Source of the DNA: an uncultured Acetobacteraceae bacterium
GTDB lineage: Bacteria > Pseudomonadota > Alphaproteobacteria > Acetobacterales > Acetobacteraceae
NCBI GenBank assembly: GCA_964245505.1
Contig: CAXTOB010000002.1
Location: forward strand, 1-55,633
Direction: 5' to 3'
Length of the DNA stretch: 55,633 nucleotides
Under the pieces are notes generated by a model, which did not search any database, was not told where the DNA came from, and worked only from the letters and a program-made list of their open reading frames with translations. The position numbers were made by a program, and so were the translations under genes. Positions 10,371 to 19,692 of the stretch are shown one piece after another. Position 1 is the first letter of the stretch, and each line of letters begins with the position of its first letter.

Positions 10371-11592
10371 GAGCCACATCAAGGTTGTCGAGATCAGCGT
10401 GGCGATGGCCGGACCATTCTGCGGCATGATGCTGGCAGACTACGGCGCCGATGTCGTCAAGATCGAACGCGTCGGCCACGGCGACGACAGCCGGGCCTGG
10501 CCGCCGCACTTCCATGGCGGCATGTCCCACTATTACGCCTCCGCCAACCGCAACAAGCGCAGTATCGCGCTCGACCTCAAGGACGCGGCAGGCGTGGCGG
10601 TCGCGCGCCGGCTGATCGAGGACGCCGACGTGCTGATCGACAACTACCGCTTCGGCGCCCTGGCCCGGGCCGGGCTGGACTACGAGTCCCTCGCGGCTGC
10701 CAATCCCCGGCTGATCTACTGCTCCATCAGCGGCTTCGGCGCCAGCGGCCCGCGCCGTGACGACCCGGCGAACGACCTGTTCATGCAAGCCTTTAGCGGC
10801 GGCATGAGCATCACCGGCGAGATCGGCGGCGGCCCCATGAAGATGGGACTTTCGGTCGCCGACGTCGGCGCCGGGCTGATGGGCACGATCGGCATCATGA
10901 TGGCGCTGGAAGCCCGGCACACCACCGGCCGCGGCCAGCGCGTGGACACCTCCCTGCTTGAAGGGCAGGTCTCGATGCTGTCCTACCACCTGTGCCGGTT
11001 CTTCTCGACCGGGAAAGTGCCGGAGCCTTCCGGCAGCGGCAGCTCGACCCAGATTCCCTACCAGGCGTTCAAGGCCGCAGATGACTGGATCGTCATCGCC
11101 GCCTTCAATCAGCGCATGTGGGGCGGCTTCTGCGGCGGCGTCGGCTGCCCGGAGTGGGAGCGCGATCCCCGCTTCACCGACGCAAACGCCAGGGCCCGGC
11201 ATCGCGACGCCCTGCTGACCCTGATCGGCGAGACCCTGGCCCGGCAACCCGCCCAGCACTGGATCAGCAGGCTCGATGCCGCCGGCGTGCCCTGCACCCG
11301 CGTCAATCGCATCGACCAGATGGTGGAGGAGGACCAGGTTATCGCCCGCGAGATGATCCGGGAGATCGACGTCCCCGACCTCGGCCGCATCAAGGTCGCG
11401 GGCCTACCGATCAAGCTGTCGGACACGCCGGGCCGGATCGAACGGCACCCGCCGCACCTGGGCGAGCAAACGGAGGAGGTGCTGCGGGCGCTGGGCTACG
11501 GCGCGGAGCAGGTGGCAACCCTGGCCGAGGCTGGCGCCATAGGCCTGCACCGCACGCCAGGCCAGCCCGTATCCGAGACGACCGCAGCATGA
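10312..11592 (+). CDS. Family III CoA-transferase (CaiB/BaiF type)
   Basis: 426-aa ORF. IKVVEISVAMAGPFCGMMLADYGADVVKIE is a typical N-terminus. Three candidate ATG starts lie inside a 15-bp repeat tract. Confidence 0.85.
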   Translation: MTSPPMTSPQTTSPPMPTPLSHIKVVEISVAMAGPFCGMMLADYGADVVKIERVGHGDDSRAWPPHFHGGMSHYYASANRNKRSIALDLKDAAGVAVARRLIEDADVLIDNYRFGALARAGLDYESLAAANPRLIYCSISGFGASGPRRDDPANDLFMQAFSGGMSITGEIGGGPMKMGLSVADVGAGLMGTIGIMMALEARHTTGRGQRVDTSLLEGQVSMLSYHLCRFFSTGKVPEPSGSGSSTQIPYQAFKAADDWIVIAAFNQRMWGGFCGGVGCPEWERDPRFTDANARARHRDALLTLIGETLARQPAQHWISRLDAAGVPCTRVNRIDQMVEEDQVIAREMIREIDVPDLGRIKVAGLPIKLSDTPGRIERHPPHLGEQTEEVLRALGYGAEQVATLAEAGAIGLHRTPGQPVSETTAA

Positions 11593-12128
11593 CGGGAGCC
11601 GAACCGATGACCATCATCCTGACCGACGAGATCCGGTCCTACATCGGACGGCAGAGCGACACCGTCACCGCCTGCGACGCGGTCGAGCCCGGGGCTGTCC
11701 GCCGTTACGCCCAGGCGGTCATGGCCGACGATGACCGCGACTATGCACCGGACGCGGCCCCTGCGCGGTTCGGCGGCCCGGTGGCCCCGCCCATCTACCC
11801 CGCCTTCATGTTCCGCCGCCCGCTCGGCACGCCGGACGTGCTGAGCGAACGGGCCGGGGACCCGGACTTCGACGGCCTGGTGTCCGCCGCCAGCGACGGC
11901 CTGCCCGAACTGCCGTTGCCTGGCCGCGCCCTGCTGAACGGCGGGTCGGAGATCGAGTTCCTCCGCTACGCCCGGCACGGCGAGCGAGTCAGCCAGCACT
12001 CCCGCTACGCCGACATCTACGAGCGGCAGTCGAAGACCGGGCCGATGCTGTTCGTGGTCGTAGAGACCGAATACGCCGTGGGCACGGAGGTGCTGCTGCG
12101 CGTCCGCAAGACCATCATCCGCCGGTGA
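11589..12128 (+). CDS. MaoC-like hot-dog hydratase subunit (N-terminal-half type)
   Basis: 179-aa ORF in the frame of ORF 11118-12128. ATG 11589 forms an ATGA overlap with the CoA-transferase stop. Sequence resembles the N-terminal-half MaoC / FAS1-like dehydratase domain. Confidence 0.65.
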   Translation: MTGAEPMTIILTDEIRSYIGRQSDTVTACDAVEPGAVRRYAQAVMADDDRDYAPDAAPARFGGPVAPPIYPAFMFRRPLGTPDVLSERAGDPDFDGLVSAASDGLPELPLPGRALLNGGSEIEFLRYARHGERVSQHSRYADIYERQSKTGPMLFVVVETEYAVGTEVLLRVRKTIIRR

Positions 12129-12135
12129 TGCTCCA

Positions 12136-13047
12136 ATGAACGGCAGCGAAGCGGCGAGCGGCAGCGCATCAGCAAGCAGCAGCGCATCGGCAAGCGGCAG
12201 CGACCCGGCGCCGTGGTCCGCGATTGAGCGGGACGCACGGGTGCTGCGGACCCCGTGCGGCGCCGGCGAGATGGTCTGGCGCGTCTGGGGCACCGGGGCG
12301 CCCCTAGTGCTCCTGCACGGCGGCGCCGGGTCATGGCGGCACTGGCTCAGGACGATCGAGGCATTCCGCGGCGAGCGCATGGTGGTCGCACCGGACCTGC
12401 CCGGCCTGGGTGAGTCCGCCGACGTGCCGGATGCCGCAACGGACGGCGGCGCCGGGATCGTCGCGGCCGGGCTCGCCGAGGTGTTGGGAGACACGGCAGC
12501 CGCGGACTTGGTCGGCTTCTCCTTCGGCGGCGCCATCGGCGGTTTGGTCGCGGCGCAGCTTCCGGTCCGCTCCCTCATCCTTGTCGGCGCCGGCGGGCTG
12601 GGCGTGATCCCCGGCGGCGCCAAGCTGGAACGGGTGCGGGACAAGGAAGGCACTGCGCGTGCCGCCGCGCACCGCACCAACCTGCACCGCTGGATGATCG
12701 CCGATCCCGCCCGCATCGATGCCGACGCGGTCGCGATCCAGGACTGGAACAGCCGCCACGCCCGGTTCGACAGCCGCGCCATCGGCACCAGCGACACCCT
12801 GGTGCACGTGCTCCCCTCCCTGTCATGCCCGATCGCCGGGATCTGGGGCCAGCACGACCACTCGGTGAGGGGCGAAACCAACCGGCCCCGCGCCGTGCTG
12901 CAATCGGTCCAGCCCAACTCCCGCTTCGTGGTCGTGCCCGGCGCCGGCCACTGGGTCGCATACGAGGCGCCCGATGCCTTCGCCGCCACCTTACGCGATC
13001 TGCTCGCCCCATCTTCCGCAGAGAACCGCACGCATGAACCAGCCTGA
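12136..13047 (+). CDS. Alpha/beta hydrolase
   Basis: 303 aa. Oxyanion region LLHGGAGSWRHW and nucleophile elbow GFSFGG. The N-terminus is a Ser/Ala repeat. Confidence 0.8.
   Translation: MNGSEAASGSASASSSASASGSDPAPWSAIERDARVLRTPCGAGEMVWRVWGTGAPLVLLHGGAGSWRHWLRTIEAFRGERMVVAPDLPGLGESADVPDAATDGGAGIVAAGLAEVLGDTAAADLVGFSFGGAIGGLVAAQLPVRSLILVGAGGLGVIPGGAKLERVRDKEGTARAAAHRTNLHRWMIADPARIDADAVAIQDWNSRHARFDSRAIGTSDTLVHVLPSLSCPIAGIWGQHDHSVRGETNRPRAVLQSVQPNSRFVVVPGAGHWVAYEAPDAFAATLRDLLAPSSAENRTHEPA
12160..12204 (+). repeat. About 2.5 x 18-bp in-frame tandem repeat at the hydrolase 5' end
   Basis: ggcagcgcatcagcaagc / agcagcgcatcggcaagc / ggcagcgac. Encodes GSASASSSASASGS. Confidence 0.75.
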
Positions 13048-13528
13048 CCCGATGACGCCGGCGCTGGCCTTCGAGGACGTCGCGGTGGGGCAGGAGGCCG
13101 GCCCCATGCACAAGGGGCCTTTCACCACCGCCCACCTGATGCGCTGGTCCGCCGCGATGGAGAACTGGCACAAGATCCATTACGACCTGCCCTTCGCCAC
13201 CGGCCACGACAAGCTGCCGGGCCTGCTGATCAACGGCTCCCTGAAGCAGCAGCTGATCGCGCAACTGCTGAAGGACTGGGCTGGCCCAACCGGCTGGGTA
13301 TGGAAGGTCCGGTTCCAGTTTCGCGCCATGAACCTGGCCGGCGAACGGCTGGACATCTGGGCCCGCATCACTGGGACCGAGCGCTATGCGGACTACGGCC
13401 TGGTCGAGATGGAGCTGGGCATCCGCAACGAGAACGGCGTGGAGTCAACACCCGGCAGCGCCACGGTCGCCCTGCCGTTCCGCGGCGGCAAGCCGGTGCC
13501 CTACCCTTTCGTCCCGCCCACAGCATAG
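13034..13528 (+). CDS. MaoC-like dehydratase subunit (C-terminal-half type)
   Basis: Start at MNQPDP (ATG 13034), overlapping the hydrolase 3' end by 14 bp. Hot-dog hydratase-like sequence (HKIHYDLPFATGHDKLPGLLINGSL). Confidence 0.7.
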   Translation: MNQPDPMTPALAFEDVAVGQEAGPMHKGPFTTAHLMRWSAAMENWHKIHYDLPFATGHDKLPGLLINGSLKQQLIAQLLKDWAGPTGWVWKVRFQFRAMNLAGERLDIWARITGTERYADYGLVEMELGIRNENGVESTPGSATVALPFRGGKPVPYPFVPPTA

Positions 13529-13537
13529 GAGGTTCCC

Positions 13538-14885
13538 ATGGCGCTGACCCGTGACCTCGGCCAGTTCGTTTCCGATCTATCGCCCAACCGCGTGCCGGAG
13601 GCAGCCGCTTCCATCGCCCGCACCGGCTTCATCGACTGTATCGGCGTAATGTTCGCCGGGCGCGAGGAGGAGCCGACCCGGCTGCTGCAAGACGTGCTGC
13701 ATCCCGCACCAGGCCCGGCGACGCTGTATTTCAGCGAGCAGACCGCCGGCGCTCCCCGAAGCCGCCTGGATCAACGGCACCGCCGCCCACGCGCTGGACT
13801 ACGACGACGTGGCCCTGCGCGGCCATCCCAGCACCGTGCTGGTGCCTGCCATTCTGGCCGAGGCGGAAACGCTGGACGCCTCCGGCCGCGATATGGTGGT
13901 GGCCTTCGTCGCGGGATACGAGGTTTGGGCGGAGTTGGGTCGGCGGGAAAGCGGCTACCACCACGGCAAGGGCTGGCACCCCACCGGCATCTTCGGCGCG
14001 ATTGCCGCCGCTGCCGCCTGCGCCCACCTGCGCCGGCTGGACCCGGTGCAGACTGCCCAGGCCATTGCGCTCGGCGCCTCGCAGAGCGCCGGGCTGATGG
14101 CGAACTTCGGCACCATGACGAAGCCGTTCCACGCCGGGAAGTCCGCCCATGCCGGCGTGATGGCCGCGCGGCTGGCCTCCGCCGGGTTCACCGCCTCCAT
14201 GGACGCGCTGGAGCATCCGCAGGGCTTCCTGGCCGCGGTGTCGCCGGAGGGCAAGGTTGACCGCGAGAGCAAGGCCGAGGGGCTTGGCGAGACGTGGCGC
14301 ATCATGAAGTCCGGCCTGGCGGTGAAGAAGTATCCCACCTGCTACTGCACGCACCGTGCGATTGACGGCATGCTCGACCTGGTGCGGGAACGGGACGTCA
14401 AGCCTGGCGACGTGGCCGCGGTGACCGTCACCCTCAGCGAGAACTTCGCCACCATCCTACGCAACCACCTGCCGCAGACGGGTCTGGAGGCAAAATTCAG
14501 CATAGAGTTCGCCATGGCGTGCGCCCTGGTCGCGCGTCGAGTTGGCCTGGGTGAGCTGACCGACGCGTTCGTGCACCGGGCGGACGTGCAGGCGCTGATG
14601 CCCCTGGTGTCCGTGCAGATCAGCACGGAGCCGGACCCCGGCTATCCCGGTGCCGCGCTGAATGACCAGGTGACGATCCGCCTGGTCTCCGGCGACACAC
14701 TGATGGGCACCCCTGTGCACCGTGCCCGCGGCCACATCGACAATCCGCTGACAGAACAGGACCTGTTCACCAAATTCGAGGACTGCCTGACGGTCGGCCG
14801 ATCCGCCGTGCCGTCTCAGGTGATGTTCGACCGGCTGAAAGGCATGGAGCACGCGTCGGCCCGCTCCCTGGCCGCCGTGCACTGA
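13538..14885 (+). pseudogene. MmgE/PrpD family protein with a +1 frameshift
   Basis: ORF 13538-14260 carries the family N-terminus. The frame of ORF 13809-14885 carries PEAAWINGTAAHALDYDDVALRGHPS onward. The two join if one C is removed from the cccc run at 13754-13757. Confidence 0.8.
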
Positions 14886-14942
14886 CAGGCATGGGCCAGG
14901 GCAGCGCCCTCTAACCGCCGGACGCAAACCACCAAGCCAGGA

Positions 14943-16135
14943 TCAAAACGACCGCGGCAGCCCCAGCACATGCTGCGCCAGGTAGGACAGCACCATGTTG
15001 GTCGAGATCGGCGCCACCTGATACAGCCGCGACTCCCGCCACTTCCGCTCGATGTCATATTCCCGCGCGAAGGCGAACCCACCATAGGTCTGGATCGCCG
15101 CCTCCGCCGCCTTCCACGTGGCTTCCGAGGCCAGCAGCTTGGCAATGTTCGCGTCCGCCCCACAGTCCCGCCCGGCGGTAAAGGTCGCGGCGGCCCGGCG
15201 GCACATCATGTCCGCCGCCTCCAACTCCGCGAAGGCGCGGGCCAACGGGAACTGCACGCCCTGGTTCTGCCCGATCTCGCGGTCGAATACCCGGCGTTCC
15301 CTGGCATAGCTCACGGCGCGGTCCAGCAGCCAGCGGCCATCGCCGATGCACTCGGACGCCACCAGCACCCGCTCCGCGTTCATGCCGTCCAGGATGTAGC
15401 GAAATCCGCGCCCCTCCTCGCCGATCAGGTTGGCGGCCGGCACCTCCAGCCCGTCCATGAAGATCTCGGTGGGTTGTGGTTGATCATCGCCTTGATCGGC
15501 CGGATGTCCAGCCGGCCGCCATGATCCCCGCGCAGGTCCACCAGGAACACCGAAAGCCCGTCGGTCTTCTTCTTCACCTGGTCCAGCGGCGTAGTACGGG
15601 CCAGCAGCAGCATCATGTCCGAATGCAGCGCACGCGAGGTCCAGACCTTCTGTCCCGTGACCACGTAGGTGTCGCCCCGTTTCTCCGCCCGCGTCTTCAG
15701 CTTGGTGGTATCGGAGCCCGAGGTCGGCTCCGTCACCCCAAACGCCTGCAAGCGCAACGCGCCGGAGGCGATCTGCGGCAGGTACCGCTGCTTCTGCGCC
15801 TCGCTGCCGTGGCGCAGCAGCGTGCCCATAATATACATCTGCGCATGCGCCGGCGAAGCGGTGCAGCCGCTGGCGTTGATCGTCTCCAGGATCACCGCGG
15901 CAGCGCGCAGCGGCAGCCCGGTGCCGCCATACTCCTCGGGGATCAACGCGCCAAGGAACCCAGCATCCGTCAGCTCCTTGACGAACTCCGTAGGATAGCC
16001 CGACTGCTCGTCCAGGTCCCGCCAATACTTGCCGGGATAGTTCTCGCACAGGCGCCGGACCGCCTCCCGCAGCTCCGGATAATCCTCGCCGAGTTCGACG
16101 GTCACGGGGAGGTCGGTCGTTTGATGCATGTCCAT
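14943..16135 (-). pseudogene. Acyl-CoA dehydrogenase with a frameshift
   Basis: The N-terminal two-thirds lie in the frame of ORF 15425-16375 (start MDMHQ at 16135). The C-terminal third lies in the frame of ORF 14943-16049. The join IKAMINHN / TEIFMDGLEVP needs 1 bp restored near 15468-15475, at a ggg/ccc run. Confidence 0.8.
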
Positions 16136-16137
16136 CT

Positions 16138-16932
16138 TTAGCGTCCTTTGAACACCGGCTTGCGCTTTTCGCTGAACGACAATACGCCCTCGCGGCGGTC
16201 CTCGGTCGGCACCATGCGGTTGTAGGCCTCGATCTCGAACAGCATCCCGTCCTCTAGGCTCATGGACAGGCCGTGGTGCATGGACCGCTTGGCCTGCCGG
16301 ATGGAGATCGGCGCGTTGCCGGCGATCACGGCCGCCGACGCCAGCGCCTCGTCCAGCAGCGCGCCGGGTTCGCACACCCGGTTGACCATACCCCAGCGCT
16401 CCGCATCCTCGGCCGACCAGGGCCGCCCACTCAGCAGCAGCTCCTTGGCCCGGCGCTCACCCACGGCGCGCGGCAGGGTCTGGGTGCCGCCCGCGCCGGG
16501 CATGATGCCGATGGTCACTTCCGGCAGGGCGAAGCGCACGGTGCCGGCGGCGTAGATGAAGTCGCAGGCCAAGGCCATCTCACACCCTCCGCCATAGGCC
16601 GCACCGTTCACCGCGGCGATCACCGGCACCGGGCAGGCAATCAGGGCCGCGGCCTTGCGCTCGAAGATGTGGTGCTGCGCCTGCCACTCCGCATCCGTCA
16701 TGCCGCGCCGCTGCTTCAGGTCGCCGCCAGCGCAGAACGCCCGGTCGCCCGCGCCCGTCAGCACCACGGCGCGGCAGGTGTCCGGATGGGCGCCGAGGGT
16801 CCCGAACACGTCGAGCATGTCCAGCCCCATCTGCGTGTTCATGGCATTCATCGCCGCCGGACGGTTCATCGTGACCAGCAGCACGTCCGGATGCGGCCGG
16901 GTCACCAGGAGGGTCTCGTACTCTGCCTGCAT
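16138..16932 (-). CDS. Enoyl-CoA hydratase/isomerase (crotonase family)
   Basis: Start at MQAEYETLLV (ATG 16932), 1 bp after the upstream stop. Crotonase signature AAVNGAAYGGGCEMALACDF. Confidence 0.9.
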   Translation of the reverse strand: MQAEYETLLVTRPHPDVLLVTMNRPAAMNAMNTQMGLDMLDVFGTLGAHPDTCRAVVLTGAGDRAFCAGGDLKQRRGMTDAEWQAQHHIFERKAAALIACPVPVIAAVNGAAYGGGCEMALACDFIYAAGTVRFALPEVTIGIMPGAGGTQTLPRAVGERRAKELLLSGRPWSAEDAERWGMVNRVCEPGALLDEALASAAVIAGNAPISIRQAKRSMHHGLSMSLEDGMLFEIEAYNRMVPTEDRREGVLSFSEKRKPVFKGR

Positions 16933-16933
16933 G

Positions 16934-18076
16934 CTACTGCGCCTTGTCCAGGAGGTCGTTGTGCTCGCCCAGGCGCGGCACCGGCCACTGCATCTCTGGC
17001 CGCGTCCCATCGAAGCTGACGGGAAGGCCGACCATGCGCAGCCCATCCGCCCGTTGCGCCTGCAATATGCCCAGCGCTTCCGTCTGGGGATGGGCCGCGA
17101 CCTGGGCGACATCCTGCAGCGGCGCGTTCGGGATGCCCAATGCGTCCAGCCGCGCCGCGAGCGCGTCCAGCACCTGGTGCCTCGTGGCCTCCTCGATCAT
17201 CGGCAGCAGCACCTCCCGGTGCGCCACCCGCCCGGCATTGGTGGTGAACCGCTCATCCGCCGCCCATTCCGGATGATCCAGCACCGTGCAGAGCTTGCGA
17301 TACAGCCCGTCATTGCCGGCCGCGATCATCAGCCAGCCATCCCGCGTTGGGAAGCACTGGTAAGGCACGATCTCCGCCACGCCGGAGCCGTAGGGCCGCC
17401 GCGTCTCGCCCGAGGCTCCATAGCTCGCCATGGGCAGGGTCAGCCAGCTCAGCGCCGTCTCATACAGGGAGGTGCTGATGCAGCCGCCGCGCTTGGTCTT
17501 CGCCCGTTCGATCAGGCTCGCCAGGATGCCGATGGTCGCCCACATGCCCGCACCCATGTCCACCAGCGAGGCGCCGGTGCGCACGGGCGGACGCCCGCCA
17601 CCCTCGCCGGTGATGCTCATCAGCCCGGCAAAGGCCTGCATCAATGGGTCATAACCGGGCTTGCTGGTCAGCGGCCCGGCCTCGCCGAAGGCGCCGATGT
17701 TGCAGACGATCAGCTCCGGCTTCTCCGCCAGCAGCCCGGCCGCACCCAACCCGGCCGCCTCGAACACCCCGGCCCGCAGGTTTTGAATGACGACGTCCGC
17801 CCGCTGCAGGATCAACTCCCGCAATGCCGCAACGGCGGCCGGGTCGCCGAAATCAACCGTCAGCCCCTTCTTGCCGCGATTATAGGCGTGGAAGGCGGAC
17901 GCCGTGCCCTCCCAGAATGGCGGCCCCCAGCTACGCGCGTGGTCGCCACCCCTGGGGTTCTCCACCTTCAACACTTCGGCGCCAAGTTCCGAGAAGATCA
18001 GGCCCGCAAACGGCGCGGCGATACTATGCCCAATCTCGATTACTAAGATTCCGCTGAGAGGCTTGGCGCTAGACAT
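16934..18076 (-). CDS. Family III CoA-transferase (CaiB/BaiF type)
   Basis: 380-aa ORF. ILVIEIGHSIAAPFAGLIFSELGAEVLKVE is a typical N-terminus. Paralogous to 10312-11592. Confidence 0.9.
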   Translation of the reverse strand: MSSAKPLSGILVIEIGHSIAAPFAGLIFSELGAEVLKVENPRGGDHARSWGPPFWEGTASAFHAYNRGKKGLTVDFGDPAAVAALRELILQRADVVIQNLRAGVFEAAGLGAAGLLAEKPELIVCNIGAFGEAGPLTSKPGYDPLMQAFAGLMSITGEGGGRPPVRTGASLVDMGAGMWATIGILASLIERAKTKRGGCISTSLYETALSWLTLPMASYGASGETRRPYGSGVAEIVPYQCFPTRDGWLMIAAGNDGLYRKLCTVLDHPEWAADERFTTNAGRVAHREVLLPMIEEATRHQVLDALAARLDALGIPNAPLQDVAQVAAHPQTEALGILQAQRADGLRMVGLPVSFDGTRPEMQWPVPRLGEHNDLLDKAQ

Positions 18077-18164
18077 GACTTTCTTTCTGCATATGATGCC
18101 TTATACTATGTAGATAGTTAGCCGGGGCAAGCAACGTTCCCTTTGCAGCAACGGAGGTCGTCCC

Positions 18165-19688
18165 ATGCCTGAACTGCTCCCCCGGGCCACGGCCCTTGCC
18201 GTCGTTGCCAGGCGCTTCGCGGACCGCATCGCAGTCACCGACCGTAGCGGCGCCGTCAGCTACGACGCCCTGTTCCGCCAAGCGGCCGGCCTGGCGCATG
18301 ACCTGGTCGCGGCCGGCGTGAAGCCCGGCGAGCCCGTCGCCAGCGTGGTGCGCAACAGCATCGCCGCCGTTTGGGCGGGCTATGGCATCGCACTGTCCGG
18401 GGCCGCGGACCTGGCGCTGAACCCGAACCTGAACGAGGCGGACCGTCGCCACTGCCTCGGCCTGGGTCGGGTCCGCCATGTCGTCACCACGAATGAGGAG
18501 GCCGGGTTCTTCGAGGGGCTCGGGCTCACGGTGCACCGGGTCGAGCAGGTCGAGGAGCGCCCGCTGGTCGCCGATGAGCTGCCGGCCACCAGCATGGAGG
18601 ATTGGGCCAGGGTCGGCTTCACCTCCGGCACCACGGGCCTGCCGAAGGGCATCGTCACCACGCAGCGCGGCCGCTGGATGGGCAACCTGCTGCAGCGCGC
18701 CACCATGCCGCACCGGCCGGGTCCCGATAGCCGGCTGCTGCTGATGACGCCGTTCTCCCACGGGGCAAGCCTGCTGACCTTCGCCTACATGGACGTCGGC
18801 GGCTCCGTGGTCCTGCTGGACGGAGTGGACACTGACCACGTCATCGGCCTGATCCGCCGGGGCGAGGTGGACGAGATGTTCGCGCCCCCCACCGTGCTGG
18901 CCAAGATCGTCGCCGCCGCAGAAGGAACTAGCTTGCCGGAGCTGAAGACGATCTACTGCGGCACCGCCGTGCTGTCGCCGCGCCTGTATGCCCGCGCCCG
19001 CGCCATCTTCGGCCCGGTCATCCGCATCACCTACGGCAAAACCGAGGTGGTCAATCCCATCACCGTGCTCGAAGCGCCGGAAACCGAAGCCTGGTACGCC
19101 GAGGGCGGCGAGCACGCCGATGCCTGCGTCGGCTGGCCCGCCAGCGGCGTGGAAATCACCATTGATGGACTGTCCGGCGCCGCGCCCGGCACGGTGGGAG
19201 AGGTCGGCATCCGTGCCCAGCAGATGATGGCAGGCACCATCCGGCCCGAGGGCTACGAACCGCTCCCGCCCGGCGGATTCCATGAGACCGGCGATCTCGG
19301 CTACTTCGACGACCGGGGCCGGCTGCACCTGACCGGGCGTGCCGCCGACGTCATCAAGTCCGGCGGCTACAAGGTCGCGCCCGAGGAGGTCGAGCGCGTG
19401 CTCAGCGCGGCGCTGGGCCAAGGCGAAGTGGCGGTGTTCGGGATCGACTCCGAATACTGGGGCCAGGTGATCGTCGCAGTGGCCGAGAACCCGGCGCCAG
19501 GTTGGGAAGCAGTGATCCGCGCCGCGATGGCCGGCATGACGCAGTACAAGCGGCCCCGCGCCCTGCTCGCGCTGCCGGAGCTGCCACGCAACGCCATGCT
19601 CAAGATCAGCCGCAAGGCCGTACGGGACCACGTGCTGGCCGGGCACCGCCTGGTTGACGGACCGCGGCCAGTGCTCGAACCGATATAG
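18165..19688 (+). CDS. AMP-dependent acyl-CoA synthetase/ligase
   Basis: 507 aa. AMP-binding motif FTSGTTGLPKG. Later motifs GDLGYFDDRGRL and SGGYKV. Confidence 0.85.
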   Translation: MPELLPRATALAVVARRFADRIAVTDRSGAVSYDALFRQAAGLAHDLVAAGVKPGEPVASVVRNSIAAVWAGYGIALSGAADLALNPNLNEADRRHCLGLGRVRHVVTTNEEAGFFEGLGLTVHRVEQVEERPLVADELPATSMEDWARVGFTSGTTGLPKGIVTTQRGRWMGNLLQRATMPHRPGPDSRLLLMTPFSHGASLLTFAYMDVGGSVVLLDGVDTDHVIGLIRRGEVDEMFAPPTVLAKIVAAAEGTSLPELKTIYCGTAVLSPRLYARARAIFGPVIRITYGKTEVVNPITVLEAPETEAWYAEGGEHADACVGWPASGVEITIDGLSGAAPGTVGEVGIRAQQMMAGTIRPEGYEPLPPGGFHETGDLGYFDDRGRLHLTGRAADVIKSGGYKVAPEEVERVLSAALGQGEVAVFGIDSEYWGQVIVAVAENPAPGWEAVIRAAMAGMTQYKRPRALLALPELPRNAMLKISRKAVRDHVLAGHRLVDGPRPVLEPI

Positions 19689-19692
19689 CGGT

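Noticed and set aside
11496-13031. 511-aa minus-strand ORF
   Set aside because: It is antisense to the MaoC and alpha/beta-hydrolase genes. It has Ser/Arg/Pro/Ala-rich shadow composition.
16655-18046. 463-aa plus-strand ORF
   Set aside because: It is antisense to the enoyl-CoA hydratase and CoA-transferase genes and has no motifs.
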